The notes under the pieces were generated by a model. The model saw nothing but the letters and a program-made list of their open reading frames with translations. It ran no database searches and was not told the origin of the DNA. A stretch of 64,000 nt of DNA from an uncultured Gammaproteobacteria bacterium (GTDB lineage Bacteria; Patescibacteriota; Patescibacteriia; CAYZDG01): assembly GCA_964536515.1 (NCBI GenBank), contig CAZHXI010000002.1, forward strand, positions 60,908 through 124,907. The letters run 5' to 3'. Each line of letters opens with the position of its first letter. The first letter of the stretch is position 1. This document shows positions 37,358 to 46,894 of the stretch, piece after piece. Made by a program: the position numbers and the translations under genes.

Positions 37358-38944
37358 CTAAATCAGGCTCCTCCCCGTCATTTCGTCCGGCTTGCGGAGC
37401 TGGAGGATCTTTAGGATGGTGGGGGCCACGTCGGCCAGCACGCCGGACGGGGGTATCTGGCTGAGGTCCTTGCCCACGATGCCGGGCGTGGCCAGCTTGC
37501 CCGCCCACTGCTTGCCGACGAGGACGCACGGCACGGGCACGCGGCTGTGCTCCTTGTCGATGTGCCCGGTGAAGGGGTCGAACAGCTGCTCGGCGTTGCC
37601 GTGGTCGGCGGTAATGACGCACACGCCGCCGTAGGCCAGGGCTGCCTCGGTAATCTGCCCCAGGCACTCATCTAGCACCTCCACCGCCTGGATGGACGCG
37701 GGCAGGTTGCCGGTGTGCGCCACCATGTCGGCGTTGGCGAAGTTTATGACGATGACGTCGAAGGCCTGGGCGCTCAGCTCTCGCAGCACGCGGTCGGCGA
37801 TCTCACGCGCGGCCATCTCGGGCTTGAGGTCGTAGGTTGCCACCTTGGGCGACGGAATGAGCACGTCCTGCTCTCCCGCCAGCGTGTCGCCCTGGCCGCC
37901 GTTGATGAAGTAGGTAACGTGGGCGTACTTCTCGGTCTCGGCGATGTGCAGCTGGGTGAGCCCGGCCTGCGACAGCACCGTTGCCATGGCGTTGGCCACG
38001 TGCTCGGGCGGGAAGGCGACGGCGACCGGCAGGTCGCGCACGTACTCGGCCATGGTTACGACGTTCAGGTTGTCTACGTGGCGGTGGGGCGAGAACTTGG
38101 CGAACCCGGGCAGCGCCAGGGCCGTTACGAGCTGCCGCATGCGGTCGGCGCGGAAGTTGAACATCACCACGCTGTCGCCGGGCTGCACCGTGGCCACGGG
38201 CTGGCCGCCTGCGGTAATGACGGTGGGCGGGAACTCCTCGTCGTTCACATCCTTGGCGTACGAGGCAGACAGCGCCGCCAGCGGATCTTCGGCCACGTTC
38301 TCGGACTGGCCGTCCACGATTGCCGCGTACGCTGCCTGGGTGCGCTCCCACCTGTTGTCGCGGTCCATGGCGTAGTAGCGTCCGCAGACGCTGGCGATGC
38401 GGCCGACGCCCAAGCTGGTGAGCTGGTCCTGCAGCTTGGCCACGAAGTCACGGCCGCTGCGGTACGGCGTGTCGCGCCCGTCTAGGATGACGTGGACGAA
38501 TACCTCGGCCACGCCCCGCTGCTTGGCCAGCTCCAGCACGGCCAGCCCGTGCTCGTGGAAGCTGTGCACGCCGCCGGACGAGAACATGCCGACCACGTGC
38601 AGCCGCTTGCCGCCCGCCTTAGCCGAGTCGCACGCCGCCACCAGCGTGGGGTTGCCGAAGAAGGTGCCGTCGGCAATGGCGCGGGAGATTCGCGGCAGGC
38701 TCTGGTATACGATGCGGCCGGTGCCAATGGCTAGGTGGCCAACTTCGGAGTTGCCCATCTCGCCCCAGGTTAGCCCCACGGCCTCGCCGGAAGCCTGCAG
38801 GCTCCACACCGGGTACGTGGTGGTGAGCTTGTCCCAGTTCGGGGTATTGGCCAGCGTGATCGCGTTCGCCCGGCTGGGCGGCGCAATGCCCCAGCCGTCG
38901 AGGACGATGAGGACGAGGGGCTTGGGGCGGACGGCGTCGGGCAT
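37358..38944 (-). CDS. gpmI: 2,3-bisphosphoglycerate-independent phosphoglycerate mutase, paralog 2
   Basis: LVLIVLDGWGIAP, Ser-phosphorylation loop GNSEVGHL, and DGRDTP. Confidence 0.85.
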   Translation of the reverse strand: MPDAVRPKPLVLIVLDGWGIAPPSRANAITLANTPNWDKLTTTYPVWSLQASGEAVGLTWGEMGNSEVGHLAIGTGRIVYQSLPRISRAIADGTFFGNPTLVAACDSAKAGGKRLHVVGMFSSGGVHSFHEHGLAVLELAKQRGVAEVFVHVILDGRDTPYRSGRDFVAKLQDQLTSLGVGRIASVCGRYYAMDRDNRWERTQAAYAAIVDGQSENVAEDPLAALSASYAKDVNDEEFPPTVITAGGQPVATVQPGDSVVMFNFRADRMRQLVTALALPGFAKFSPHRHVDNLNVVTMAEYVRDLPVAVAFPPEHVANAMATVLSQAGLTQLHIAETEKYAHVTYFINGGQGDTLAGEQDVLIPSPKVATYDLKPEMAAREIADRVLRELSAQAFDVIVINFANADMVAHTGNLPASIQAVEVLDECLGQITEAALAYGGVCVITADHGNAEQLFDPFTGHIDKEHSRVPVPCVLVGKQWAGKLATPGIVGKDLSQIPPSGVLADVAPTILKILQLRKPDEMTGRSLI

Positions 38945-38945
38945 A

Positions 38946-40544
38946 TCAGCAAGCCTTCTTCAGCAGACGCTTGGTGAGCAGGCTCTCGCCCGTCATCTCT
39001 TCCGGCTGGGGCAGGCCCAGCAGGGCGAGAATGGTGGGGGCCACGTCGGCCAGAATGCCGCCGGTGCGCAGCTTGGCCCCGATGTTCGAGCACGTCTCGT
39101 CGTTGGCGCTGGCCAGGATGAACGGCACGGGGCTGGCCGTGTGCTCGGTGTACATCTCGCCCGTATCTAGGTTCACCTTGCGCTCGGCGTTGCCGTGGTC
39201 TGCGGTAATGATCAACGTGCCGTGCGCCCGCTGCACCGCCGCCCATATCTCGCCCAGGCAGCCGTCGGTAATGTGCACCGCCTTGATGGTCGCCAGCAGG
39301 TTGCCGGTGTGGCCCACCATGTCGGGGTTGCTGAAGTTGAGGCAGATGAAGTCGGCAGACTTAGAGTCCAGCGCCTGCACCACGGCCTTGGTGATGCCGG
39401 GCGCACCCATCTCGGGCGTCTGGTCGTAGCTGACCACGTCGGGCGACGGAATGAGCTGCCGCTTCTCCCCCGCCACGGGGTTGGCGTAGCCGCCGTTGAA
39501 GAAGTAGGTAACGTGCGCAAACTTCTCGGCCTCGGCTACGTAGAACTGGCGTACGCCCGGCCCCAGCACGAACGGCAGGGTCTGCGGCACGTCGCGGCTG
39601 GGGAAGGCCGTGAGCACCTGGCCCAGGTCGGGGCCGAAGTCGGTCATGGCCACGAACCGCAGGTGCTCGGGCTGCACCTTGCGCACGAACGAGCCGGGGT
39701 TGAGCTGGTTGAAGTCGGGCTGGATGAAAGCCTTGGTCAGCTGGCGGGCACGGTCGGACCGCAGGTTGAACAGGATAATAGCGTCGCCCGTGCCAATGGT
39801 TCCCACCGGCTTGCCATCCTTGCCCACGACCACGGAAGGCTGCACGTACTCGTCGCTCTCGCCGCGGTTGTAGGCCTGGAGTATAGCCTCATCCGCGCTG
39901 TGGACGTGCCTGCCCTTGCCCTCGGTCATAGCCTCGTACGCAGCCTGGGTGCGGTCCCACTTCTTCTTCCGGTCCATGCCGTAGAAGCGGCCCATGACCG
40001 TGGCGATCTGCTCGCCGTTCTTGAAGCCGTCGCGCAGCATCTTGAGCAGCCCAATGGCGGCGAAGCGGGGCGTGTCGCGGCCGTCGGTGAACAGGTGGAG
40101 GTAGGTTCGCTTGAACCGATGCTTAGCCAGCATGTCGCACAGCGCCGCCAGGTGCTCGGGGTCGGCGTGGGGGCTCTGCAGGCCGGTGAGCATGCCCACC
40201 AGGTGTACCTTCCCCTTCTGGCGCTCGGCGTGGTGGATCGCCTCTAGGAACGCCGGGTTCTTGAAGAACTGGCCGTCGGCAATGGCCTCGGTGATGTAGA
40301 GCGAATCCTGCGCCACCACGCGGCCGGCGCCCAGGTTCATGTGGCCTGCCTCCGAGTTGCCGCGCTGGTCGTGCGGCAGGCCCACCGCCTTGCCCGAGGC
40401 ATCCAGCGTGGTGTTGGGGAACTTGGCCAGCAGCTGGTCCAGCGTGGGCGTCTCGGCTTGCTCCACGGCGTTGCCCGGGCTATCGGCTGCCACGCCGAAG
40501 CCGTCGAGTATGGCCAGCACCAGGGGGCTGCTCGGCAGCGCCAT
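38946..40544 (-). CDS. gpmI: 2,3-bisphosphoglycerate-independent phosphoglycerate mutase, paralog 1
   Basis: LVLAILDGFGVA, GNSEAGHMNLGAGR, DGRDTP. About 40% identity to the neighbouring copy by eye. Confidence 0.85.
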   Translation of the reverse strand: MALPSSPLVLAILDGFGVAADSPGNAVEQAETPTLDQLLAKFPNTTLDASGKAVGLPHDQRGNSEAGHMNLGAGRVVAQDSLYITEAIADGQFFKNPAFLEAIHHAERQKGKVHLVGMLTGLQSPHADPEHLAALCDMLAKHRFKRTYLHLFTDGRDTPRFAAIGLLKMLRDGFKNGEQIATVMGRFYGMDRKKKWDRTQAAYEAMTEGKGRHVHSADEAILQAYNRGESDEYVQPSVVVGKDGKPVGTIGTGDAIILFNLRSDRARQLTKAFIQPDFNQLNPGSFVRKVQPEHLRFVAMTDFGPDLGQVLTAFPSRDVPQTLPFVLGPGVRQFYVAEAEKFAHVTYFFNGGYANPVAGEKRQLIPSPDVVSYDQTPEMGAPGITKAVVQALDSKSADFICLNFSNPDMVGHTGNLLATIKAVHITDGCLGEIWAAVQRAHGTLIITADHGNAERKVNLDTGEMYTEHTASPVPFILASANDETCSNIGAKLRTGGILADVAPTILALLGLPQPEEMTGESLLTKRLLKKAC

Positions 40545-40552
40545 GGCCGTGG

Positions 40553-41812
40553 CTACGCTTCCCGCTCTGCCTGGCTAATCTGCAGCAGGCGGTTGTACTT
40601 AGCCACACGCTCGCCGCGCACAGGAGCGCCAATCTTGACGTAGGCTGCGCCGATCGCCACCGCCAGGTCCACGATCCAGTGGTCGTTGGTCTCGCCGCTG
40701 CGGTGCGACGCCACCACGGTGTAGTTGCTCTCCTTGGCCAGCCGCGCCGTCTCAATGGCCTCGGTAACGCTGCCCACCTGGTTGGGCTTGATGATGATGC
40801 CGTTGGCTGCCTGCCGGCTGATGCCCTCGCGCAGGCGCAGCAGGTTGGTGGTGAACAGGTCGTCGCCGATTACCGTTACGCCCATCAGCCCGGCGTGGGC
40901 TCGCAGCGCCTGCCAGCCGTCCCAGTCGTCCTCCTCCAGCGGATCTTCCAGCAGACGAATGGCGTAGCGCTGCACCAGGTTGGCGTAGAAGTCGCTCATC
41001 TCCTCGCGGGTCAGCGAGCGGTCCTCCACCGTCAGGTGGTAGCGGCTGCCGTCGTAGAAGGCGGAGGCGGCGGCGTCCACGCCCAGGACCACCTCCTCGC
41101 CGAGCGAGTATCCCGCCTCATCCACGGCCTCGGAAACCAGCTCGAAGGCCTGGTGCGTGGTCTGCACCCGTGGCGAGAAGCCACCCTCGTCGCCCACGTC
41201 GGTATCCAGCCCGCGGCGGGTAAGGATGCCCTTGAGCTTGGCGTTGACCTCGGCCGCCGCGCGCACCTGGTCAGCCGTGCCGTTTATGCCCCGCGGCACC
41301 ACCCAAATCTCCTGCAGGTCTAGGTTGGTGCTGGCGTGCTTGCCGCCGTTGAACAGGTTTGCCAGCGGCACGGGCAGGATGGGGCTGGCCGGCAGGTCGA
41401 AGGCGTGCTGCAGGTGGCGGTACAGCGGCTCGCCAGCGCTCGCCGCCGCCGCCCGCGCCACCGCAATGCTGACGCCCACAATGGCGTTCGCGCCCATCTT
41501 GGACTTGTTGTCGGTTCCGTCTGCGTCCAGCATGGCCTGGTCCACCGCGCGCTGGTTGGCGGCCTCCATGCCGCGCACCACGTCAGCCAGCCGGCCGGTG
41601 ACGTTCGCCACGGCGTTCAGCACGCCCTGGCCGTTGTACCGGTGCTGGTCGCCGTCCCGTAATTCCAGAGCCTCGTGCTTTCCCGTTGATGCGCCGGATG
41701 GTACCCCGGCGCTGGCCACCGTGCCGTCGTCCAGAACTGCCGTTACCTCCACCGTGGGGGTGCCACGTGAATCTAGAATCTCACGGGCGGTAATGGCTTT
41801 GATGGAGGACAT
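40553..41812 (-). CDS. eno: Enolase
   Basis: MSSIKAITAREILDSRGTPTVEV, SHRSGETNDHWIVDLAVA. Confidence 0.9.
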   Translation of the reverse strand: MSSIKAITAREILDSRGTPTVEVTAVLDDGTVASAGVPSGASTGKHEALELRDGDQHRYNGQGVLNAVANVTGRLADVVRGMEAANQRAVDQAMLDADGTDNKSKMGANAIVGVSIAVARAAAASAGEPLYRHLQHAFDLPASPILPVPLANLFNGGKHASTNLDLQEIWVVPRGINGTADQVRAAAEVNAKLKGILTRRGLDTDVGDEGGFSPRVQTTHQAFELVSEAVDEAGYSLGEEVVLGVDAAASAFYDGSRYHLTVEDRSLTREEMSDFYANLVQRYAIRLLEDPLEEDDWDGWQALRAHAGLMGVTVIGDDLFTTNLLRLREGISRQAANGIIIKPNQVGSVTEAIETARLAKESNYTVVASHRSGETNDHWIVDLAVAIGAAYVKIGAPVRGERVAKYNRLLQISQAEREA

Positions 41813-41846
41813 AGGTTGGGTAGGACTGAGGACGGAGGACTTAGAA
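41809..41846. repeat. Second copy of the acatagg..ggtaggactgaggacg.aggact motif (first copy 19511-19545)
   Basis: Shared ~30-nt pattern in two unrelated intergenic regions (eno 5' UTR and dnaB 3' flank). Confidence 0.5.
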
Positions 41847-41906
41847 AATGGAACGCAGGAGCTGGAAAGCAGAAGTCATGATACACGAAAAAGGCACCGT
41901 AAACCA

Positions 41907-42042
41907 CGTCATCCTGAGCGGAGGCCCGTAGCAACGGGACGAAGCCGAAGGATCTGGCAGGCCCATGCTTTGGCAACCCAGATCCCTCGACTCCCCCTCA
42001 ATTCGTCGCTCCGCTCCTCGCTCGGGTTCGCTCGGGATGACG
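41907..42042. repeat. Nested imperfect palindromic intergenic element (~136 bp)
   Basis: Outer arms cgtcatcctgagcgg / cgctcgggatgacg; inner arms gaaggatctggcagg / cccagatccctcg; tandem cgctcggg x2. Confidence 0.5.
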
Positions 42043-42116
42043 TTCCTCTTACTTTCTTACTTCTCGTAATATCCGAGCGCCGCCAGGCAGAGAAGATAGA
42101 CCACCCTAGACAATGC

Positions 42117-42145
42117 TTGACTTATTCACAAAAATATGATATTAA
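42117..42145 (+). promoter_or_regulatory. Probable sigma-70-type promoter (TTGACT-N17-TATTAA)
   Basis: AT-rich gap upstream of the 42211 gene. GGAAAGGAAG SD before the ATG. Confidence 0.4.
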
Positions 42146-42210
42146 ATCATGATCATCTTTGAAAACTCAAAAGTCCTAAACAATCCAGCAATTCGCTGGG
42201 AAAGGAAGAC

Positions 42211-44085
42211 ATGGAAATTATCTACGCTGCAATCGTTGCCCTGCTGGGCAGCGCGCCGTTTCTGCTGACGAAACGTATCATCGGATTCTTCGTTACCTTT
42301 GCTGTATCCGGAATTCTTTCGGCAGCCCTGTTCTACGGCATACTGCCGTCAACCGTCTGGCCGCTGTGGGGACTGATCGGAGCGTTCACGGCAGTCCTAT
42401 GGATCATCGTCGCCCTCGTTGATCTTACCCTAAAGAATGAGAATTCATACGGCGAAATCCAGCTCTCGATCTCCATCGCGCCCGCTATCGTCGGCGTTCT
42501 GCTGCTGGTAATCAGCGGCTGCAACGGCTGCGCCTATTTCCGCGACAGCGAATACGCCGGAATGATAGGCGAAGTCGAGCAGCGCGAGTGGACGCAGGAT
42601 GTTCAGCCGAAGGATCCTGGCAACGTTCGCCTGGTACCGGTCGAGCTGGCCTCGTACCTCGCGAACAAGCAGCTGGGAGAAGCTGGCGCCAACCTCGGCT
42701 CACAGTTCCACGTGGCCCTGGAGTACATGACGCTGCAGAGCCTGAACGGAGAGCTGTGGTACGTCGCGCCGCTGGACTACAACGGCTTCTGGGTTTGGCA
42801 ATCTGCTGAATACGCACCGGGCTACGTAAAGATTTCGGCCACAGACCCGTACCGCCAGCCGATCGTGGTGGCAGACCAGAAGTTCAAGTACACCCCGTAC
42901 GCCTTCATGGGCGATGACCTGGAACGGCTACTGTGGAACAACGGCTACTCCGATATCGGCCTTACGGACTACTCGCTGGAGCTGGATGATTCGGGCAAGC
43001 CCTGGTGGGTGGTGACCACGTTCGAGCCAACCATTAGCTGGTGGGGTGAGCGGGCCACCGGTGTGGCGATCGTTGACCCTACCGATGGTAGAATTACCTA
43101 CCACGCAGTCGGCGCTGTGCCGAACTGGGTAGACCGGGTCGTGCCGGGCAAATTCGTCGCAACTTACGTCAGTGACAATGGCCAGCTCCACCTCGGCTAC
43201 TGGAATACGTGGTTCGGCAAGCGCGACATGACGCAGCCGGACCGTTCCCCCACCATTAACTACGGATCGGACGGAGAGCCGTACTGGGTAACCACGGTGG
43301 TTAGCGCCAACCCCAACGGCGGCGGCACCGAAGGCGACGGGAACCAGAAGCATAACCAGAGCATGGTCGGGCTATTCTACACGAATACCCGTCCCGGGAA
43401 GAGCATCTACTACCACGCGGTCGGCGGAACCGAGACTGCTATCCTAACAGCCGTCAACAACAAGGTTTCGTACAAGAACTGGCGCGGCGCAGAGCCGGTG
43501 CTGTACAACGTCCACGGCTATATGGCCAGCTTCGTACCGCTGCTCGGCCAGCACGGCACCTACCAAGGCGTAGCGATCGTGCGGGTGGACAACCTAACGG
43601 TTGCTGAAGGAAGGGATGAGCTCTCGGCGCTCCGTGAATTCCAGCAGCTCATCGCCTCCACGGGGCACCAGGTGTCACCGGATAAGCTGTTCGACCTCGA
43701 GCGAATACTCGGACGTGTAGAGCGATTCGCCCACGAGGTAACCGACGGTTACACGGTCTACTACATCAAGCTGCAGAGCCATCCCGTGATCTACACCGGC
43801 GGCAGCGACCTCTCGCCCGAGCTACCCCTGGTAGCCGCTGGCGACAGCGTCTCGGTCTCGTTCGTCAACGGCGAGCAGGACGTGGTACCGATGATGGGCT
43901 TCGACGATCTTAACATCTTCCTGCAACGGAGCGCCGAGCAGGAGGACCTCTCCGCTGAGACGCAGGCGGGTCTGAACGAGGAGCGCCTCGGCCGAGAAAC
44001 GAAGACGGCGACAGAGACGCTGAAGAACCTCAGCCCCGAAGAGATGAGAAAGCTCGCGAAAGAGGCGCGAACGAAACGCAACTAA
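42211..44085 (+). CDS. Membrane protein: four N-terminal TM helices plus ~480-aa extracytoplasmic domain, function unknown
   Basis: Coding-like composition, own promoter, W/Y-rich beta-type ectodomain, charged C-terminal tail. Confidence 0.4.
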   Translation: MEIIYAAIVALLGSAPFLLTKRIIGFFVTFAVSGILSAALFYGILPSTVWPLWGLIGAFTAVLWIIVALVDLTLKNENSYGEIQLSISIAPAIVGVLLLVISGCNGCAYFRDSEYAGMIGEVEQREWTQDVQPKDPGNVRLVPVELASYLANKQLGEAGANLGSQFHVALEYMTLQSLNGELWYVAPLDYNGFWVWQSAEYAPGYVKISATDPYRQPIVVADQKFKYTPYAFMGDDLERLLWNNGYSDIGLTDYSLELDDSGKPWWVVTTFEPTISWWGERATGVAIVDPTDGRITYHAVGAVPNWVDRVVPGKFVATYVSDNGQLHLGYWNTWFGKRDMTQPDRSPTINYGSDGEPYWVTTVVSANPNGGGTEGDGNQKHNQSMVGLFYTNTRPGKSIYYHAVGGTETAILTAVNNKVSYKNWRGAEPVLYNVHGYMASFVPLLGQHGTYQGVAIVRVDNLTVAEGRDELSALREFQQLIASTGHQVSPDKLFDLERILGRVERFAHEVTDGYTVYYIKLQSHPVIYTGGSDLSPELPLVAAGDSVSVSFVNGEQDVVPMMGFDDLNIFLQRSAEQEDLSAETQAGLNEERLGRETKTATETLKNLSPEEMRKLAKEARTKRN

Positions 44086-44120
44086 CAATCGAGCGGCAGG
44101 CACACAGCCTGCCGCTCTTT

Positions 44121-45314
44121 CTATTTTCCATAGTACCCCAGTGCCGCCAGACCGGGTAGGCGCTCGCCAGCCAAAAAGGCCAGCATGGCTCCCCCGCCGG
44201 TGGAAACGAACGACAGGTGCCCGGTCAGCCCCAGCTGCTCCAGCGCCTGGACCGTCTCGCCGCCGCCGGCCACGGTGAAGGCCTTAGCCTTGGCAACGGC
44301 CGCCGCTACTGCTGACGTGCCGTGGCTGAACTCCTTCTGCTCGAACAGGCCCAGCGGCCCGTTCCACGCCACCGTCTTAGCCCAGGCAATACGCTCGGCG
44401 AACAGCTGCCGGGTGAGCGGACCAATGTCGTGGTTCAGGTCGCGGCGGCCGGTGCGCCCCACCTGAGCCACCTTGCACGCCTTTCCAGAGCAACTAGATA
44501 CAACGTCTATGGGAAGTATCAGCTTGTGGCGGTGGCCGTGCTGCTTAACCAAACGGCGCAAGCCGGGCAGCAGCTTCTTTTCTACCGGGGAGGCGCCCAC
44601 GGCGTGGCCCACCGCAGCCAGCAAGGTATTAGCCATTGCCCCGCCCACGAGCACGCGGTCGCAGTGCTCCAGCAGCTGGCGCAGCAGCGGCAGCTTGGTA
44701 CCCAGCTTTGCCCCGCCCACGACGGCGACCAGCGGGCGCTGGGGGTGGCGCGTTACCTTCTCCAGAGCGGCGACCTCTGCCTGCAGCAGCGGCCCAGCGG
44801 CAGACGGCAGCAGCTTAGCCAAGCGGACAACGGATGCGCCGCTGCGGTGGCACACCCCGAACGCATCGTTGACGTACGCATCTGCCAGGCAGGCCAGAGC
44901 CGACGCAAAGTTTACGTCGTTCGCTGCTTCACCGGAGTAGAACCGCAAATTCTCCAGGCAGCAGACATGGCCGCGGCCCAAGGCCTGGATGCGGTCGAAG
45001 TCCTTGGGCGTACGGAACGGGTCGAACAGCGGCACCGTCTTACCCAAGCGGCGACTGAACCACGCGGCGATTGGCTTTAGGCTCTCTGCCGATACACGCT
45101 TGCCATCCGGACGACCCAGGTGGCCGATGATGATGACGCAAACCTTCTTAGCCAGCAGCTGCTTTATAGCCGGCAGGCTACGCTTGAGACGGTAGTCATC
45201 TTGGATCTTGCCTCGGGCCACGGGAACGTTCACATCCAGGCGCAGCAGCACCCGCTGGCCTGGCTGCAGCTTTAGGCTGGATATTGTGGGTAACTTATCT
45301 TCTACCTTAAACAT
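44121..45314 (-). CDS. pgk: Phosphoglycerate kinase
   Basis: RVLLRLDVNVPV, IIGHLGRP, GGGA..GKxLPG hinge. Confidence 0.9.
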   Translation of the reverse strand: MFKVEDKLPTISSLKLQPGQRVLLRLDVNVPVARGKIQDDYRLKRSLPAIKQLLAKKVCVIIIGHLGRPDGKRVSAESLKPIAAWFSRRLGKTVPLFDPFRTPKDFDRIQALGRGHVCCLENLRFYSGEAANDVNFASALACLADAYVNDAFGVCHRSGASVVRLAKLLPSAAGPLLQAEVAALEKVTRHPQRPLVAVVGGAKLGTKLPLLRQLLEHCDRVLVGGAMANTLLAAVGHAVGASPVEKKLLPGLRRLVKQHGHRHKLILPIDVVSSCSGKACKVAQVGRTGRRDLNHDIGPLTRQLFAERIAWAKTVAWNGPLGLFEQKEFSHGTSAVAAAVAKAKAFTVAGGGETVQALEQLGLTGHLSFVSTGGGAMLAFLAGERLPGLAALGYYGK

Positions 45315-45617
45315 GTCTGTTTGATTTTTGTTTAGACGCAATATACTGCGTCTTTACGGATGTCATCCCATGCGACTCCTGCCCTCACTGCCCCTATTCT
45401 AGCACCTCCCGCCTTCGCCCAAGCTTCGGCGAGGCAAGCCGGGGGTGTGGATGGCCGCCCTTGCCCGCCCCGGGGCTGCCGGATACAATGGAGTCTCCAC
45501 TGAACTTTACGCCATCTGCCCATCTGGGCGATAAACGACGAGAGGAGGTGATCAATATCTGCCGAGTCAATTCGGCGCTCCGCTCAACGTTCAGACAGCG
45601 AAGACGAACCCCAACCC

Positions 45618-45647
45618 CCATCCGCACCACGCGGATGGTTCTTTTTG
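45618..45647 (+). terminator. Terminator-like hairpin plus T-tract immediately upstream of the L,D-transpeptidase gene (possible attenuator / 3' end of a leader RNA)
   Basis: ccatccgc accac gcggatgg followed by TTCTTTTT. A perfect TATAAT at 45653-45658 lies only 8 nt before the ATG at 45667. Confidence 0.45.
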
Positions 45648-45666
45648 GCTGCTATAATTTACCCAG

Positions 45667-46257
45667 ATGCGATTCCTCATTGTAGCCGCTGCCCTAGCCC
45701 TGGCGATAGCGCCAGTCTCCGTTCGCGCCGCTGAGGCGGACTCGGATGCGGATGGGCTCAACGATACGCTCGAGCAATCGTTCGCCAGCGACCCCACAAT
45801 TCCAGATACAGACGGCGACGGATTCAACGATGGGCTAGAGGTAACGTCGGGATACAGCCCGACGTCTGCCGAGCCGACCAAGCTAGCCAAGCGCATAGAA
45901 ATTTCGCTAGCCGAGCAGGAGCTAGCCTACTACCTGGGCGACGTGGAGCTCGGCCGCTTCCCGGTATCCACGGGCAAGAAGGGCTCTCCCACGCCCACCG
46001 GCGAGTTCAAGGTGTACAGCAAGCACCCCCGGGCGTGGTCCAACCGCGCCAAGCTGTGGATGCCCAACTGGATGGCCTTCTACCCCACGGGTCTGTACGG
46101 CATCCACGAGCTGCCCGAGTGGCCGGGCGGCAAGAAGGAGGGCGAGGATCACCTGGGTACCCCGGCATCCGGCGGCTGCGTACGGCTGGGCGTGGGCGCC
46201 GCCAAGACGCTGTACGACTGGGCTCCGGTGGGAACGAAGGTGGTGATTGAGAAGTAG
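45667..46257 (+). CDS. L,D-transpeptidase (YkuD domain) with N-terminal Asp-rich Ca-binding-like repeats
   Basis: Catalytic HGT..SxGCVRL-type segment (GIHELPEW..GTPASGGCVRLG). DSDADGLNDTLE / DTDGDGFNDGLE repeats. Signal peptide. Confidence 0.8.
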   Translation: MRFLIVAAALALAIAPVSVRAAEADSDADGLNDTLEQSFASDPTIPDTDGDGFNDGLEVTSGYSPTSAEPTKLAKRIEISLAEQELAYYLGDVELGRFPVSTGKKGSPTPTGEFKVYSKHPRAWSNRAKLWMPNWMAFYPTGLYGIHELPEWPGGKKEGEDHLGTPASGGCVRLGVGAAKTLYDWAPVGTKVVIEK

Positions 46258-46258
46258 G

Positions 46259-46819
46259 CTACTTCCCTCGGCGCTTCACCTGCGCCCGCCTCACCAGCTT
46301 AACGGCTAGCTTGGCCGCCATCTGCGGAGTTTCAGCTCTTGCAATGCGAACCCTACGACGCGAATCTAGATACTGCCCGGCCAGTTTATCTGCCCACCCC
46401 CCAAACCCAGCGAGGGCGATCATAGGTATACCAGACTGGTAGGCAATCGTTGCCTCACACAGGGTTCCTGACCCGCCTGACACCAGAATGACGACGTCGC
46501 ATGAGTTTACCAAGACGAACTCGCGTCCCCCGCCACGCTCTAGCCCCGTAGCGATAACCACCCCGGGTGCTTCGCTGCCAATACCGACATTCCTACCCTT
46601 CCCATACGTTACGCCAACGGTAAGCCCGCCGGCCGCCCTAGCGGCCATTGCTGCCTCGGTTGGCAGAGAGCTGTAATCTCGCTCAGCACCGTAGACGAGC
46701 GTACAGCCGTTGGCCGCGAGCTGGCGTCCGAGCTCCCGCGCTGCAGCCTTCGCCCGCCGTCCATACTTTAGGTCGGCAGCGGAACCCATAACGCCTACCT
46801 GTATAGTTCGATTGATCAT
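46259..46819 (-). CDS. LOG-family / TIGR00725-type Rossmann-fold nucleotide-binding protein
   Basis: GVMGSA..; VSGGSGTLCE resembles the PGGxGTxxE motif. Confidence 0.55.
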   Translation of the reverse strand: MINRTIQVGVMGSAADLKYGRRAKAAARELGRQLAANGCTLVYGAERDYSSLPTEAAMAARAAGGLTVGVTYGKGRNVGIGSEAPGVVIATGLERGGGREFVLVNSCDVVILVSGGSGTLCEATIAYQSGIPMIALAGFGGWADKLAGQYLDSRRRVRIARAETPQMAAKLAVKLVRRAQVKRRGK

Positions 46820-46856
46820 AGTTACTGTATATTAGCCTGCAATTAAATGTTCGGTA

Positions 46857-46885
46857 GCGGAGGCTGGCGATTTGCCAGCCTCCGC
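46857..46885 (-). terminator. Intercistronic hairpin (12-bp perfect stem gcggaggctggc/gccagcctccgc)
   Basis: 10 nt downstream of the stop of the 46895-47971 gene; weak U-tract. Confidence 0.4.
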
Positions 46886-46894
46886 TCTCCGTTC

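Noticed and set aside
36489-37667. Track ORFs with long N-terminal extensions (mutM 36489-37667, pcm 34608-35630, rplJ, rplL, tsaB, GT at 869-1801)
   Set aside because: The extensions are Arg/Pro-rich, overlap upstream genes, and precede canonical conserved N-termini (PELPEV for MutM, MSDDK for L12). Starts were moved to internal Met codons.
45461-45685. 74-aa ORF in the pgk/ldt divergent region
   Set aside because: It overlaps a terminator-like hairpin and the -10 element and has no coding-like periodicity. It is more likely non-coding leader RNA.
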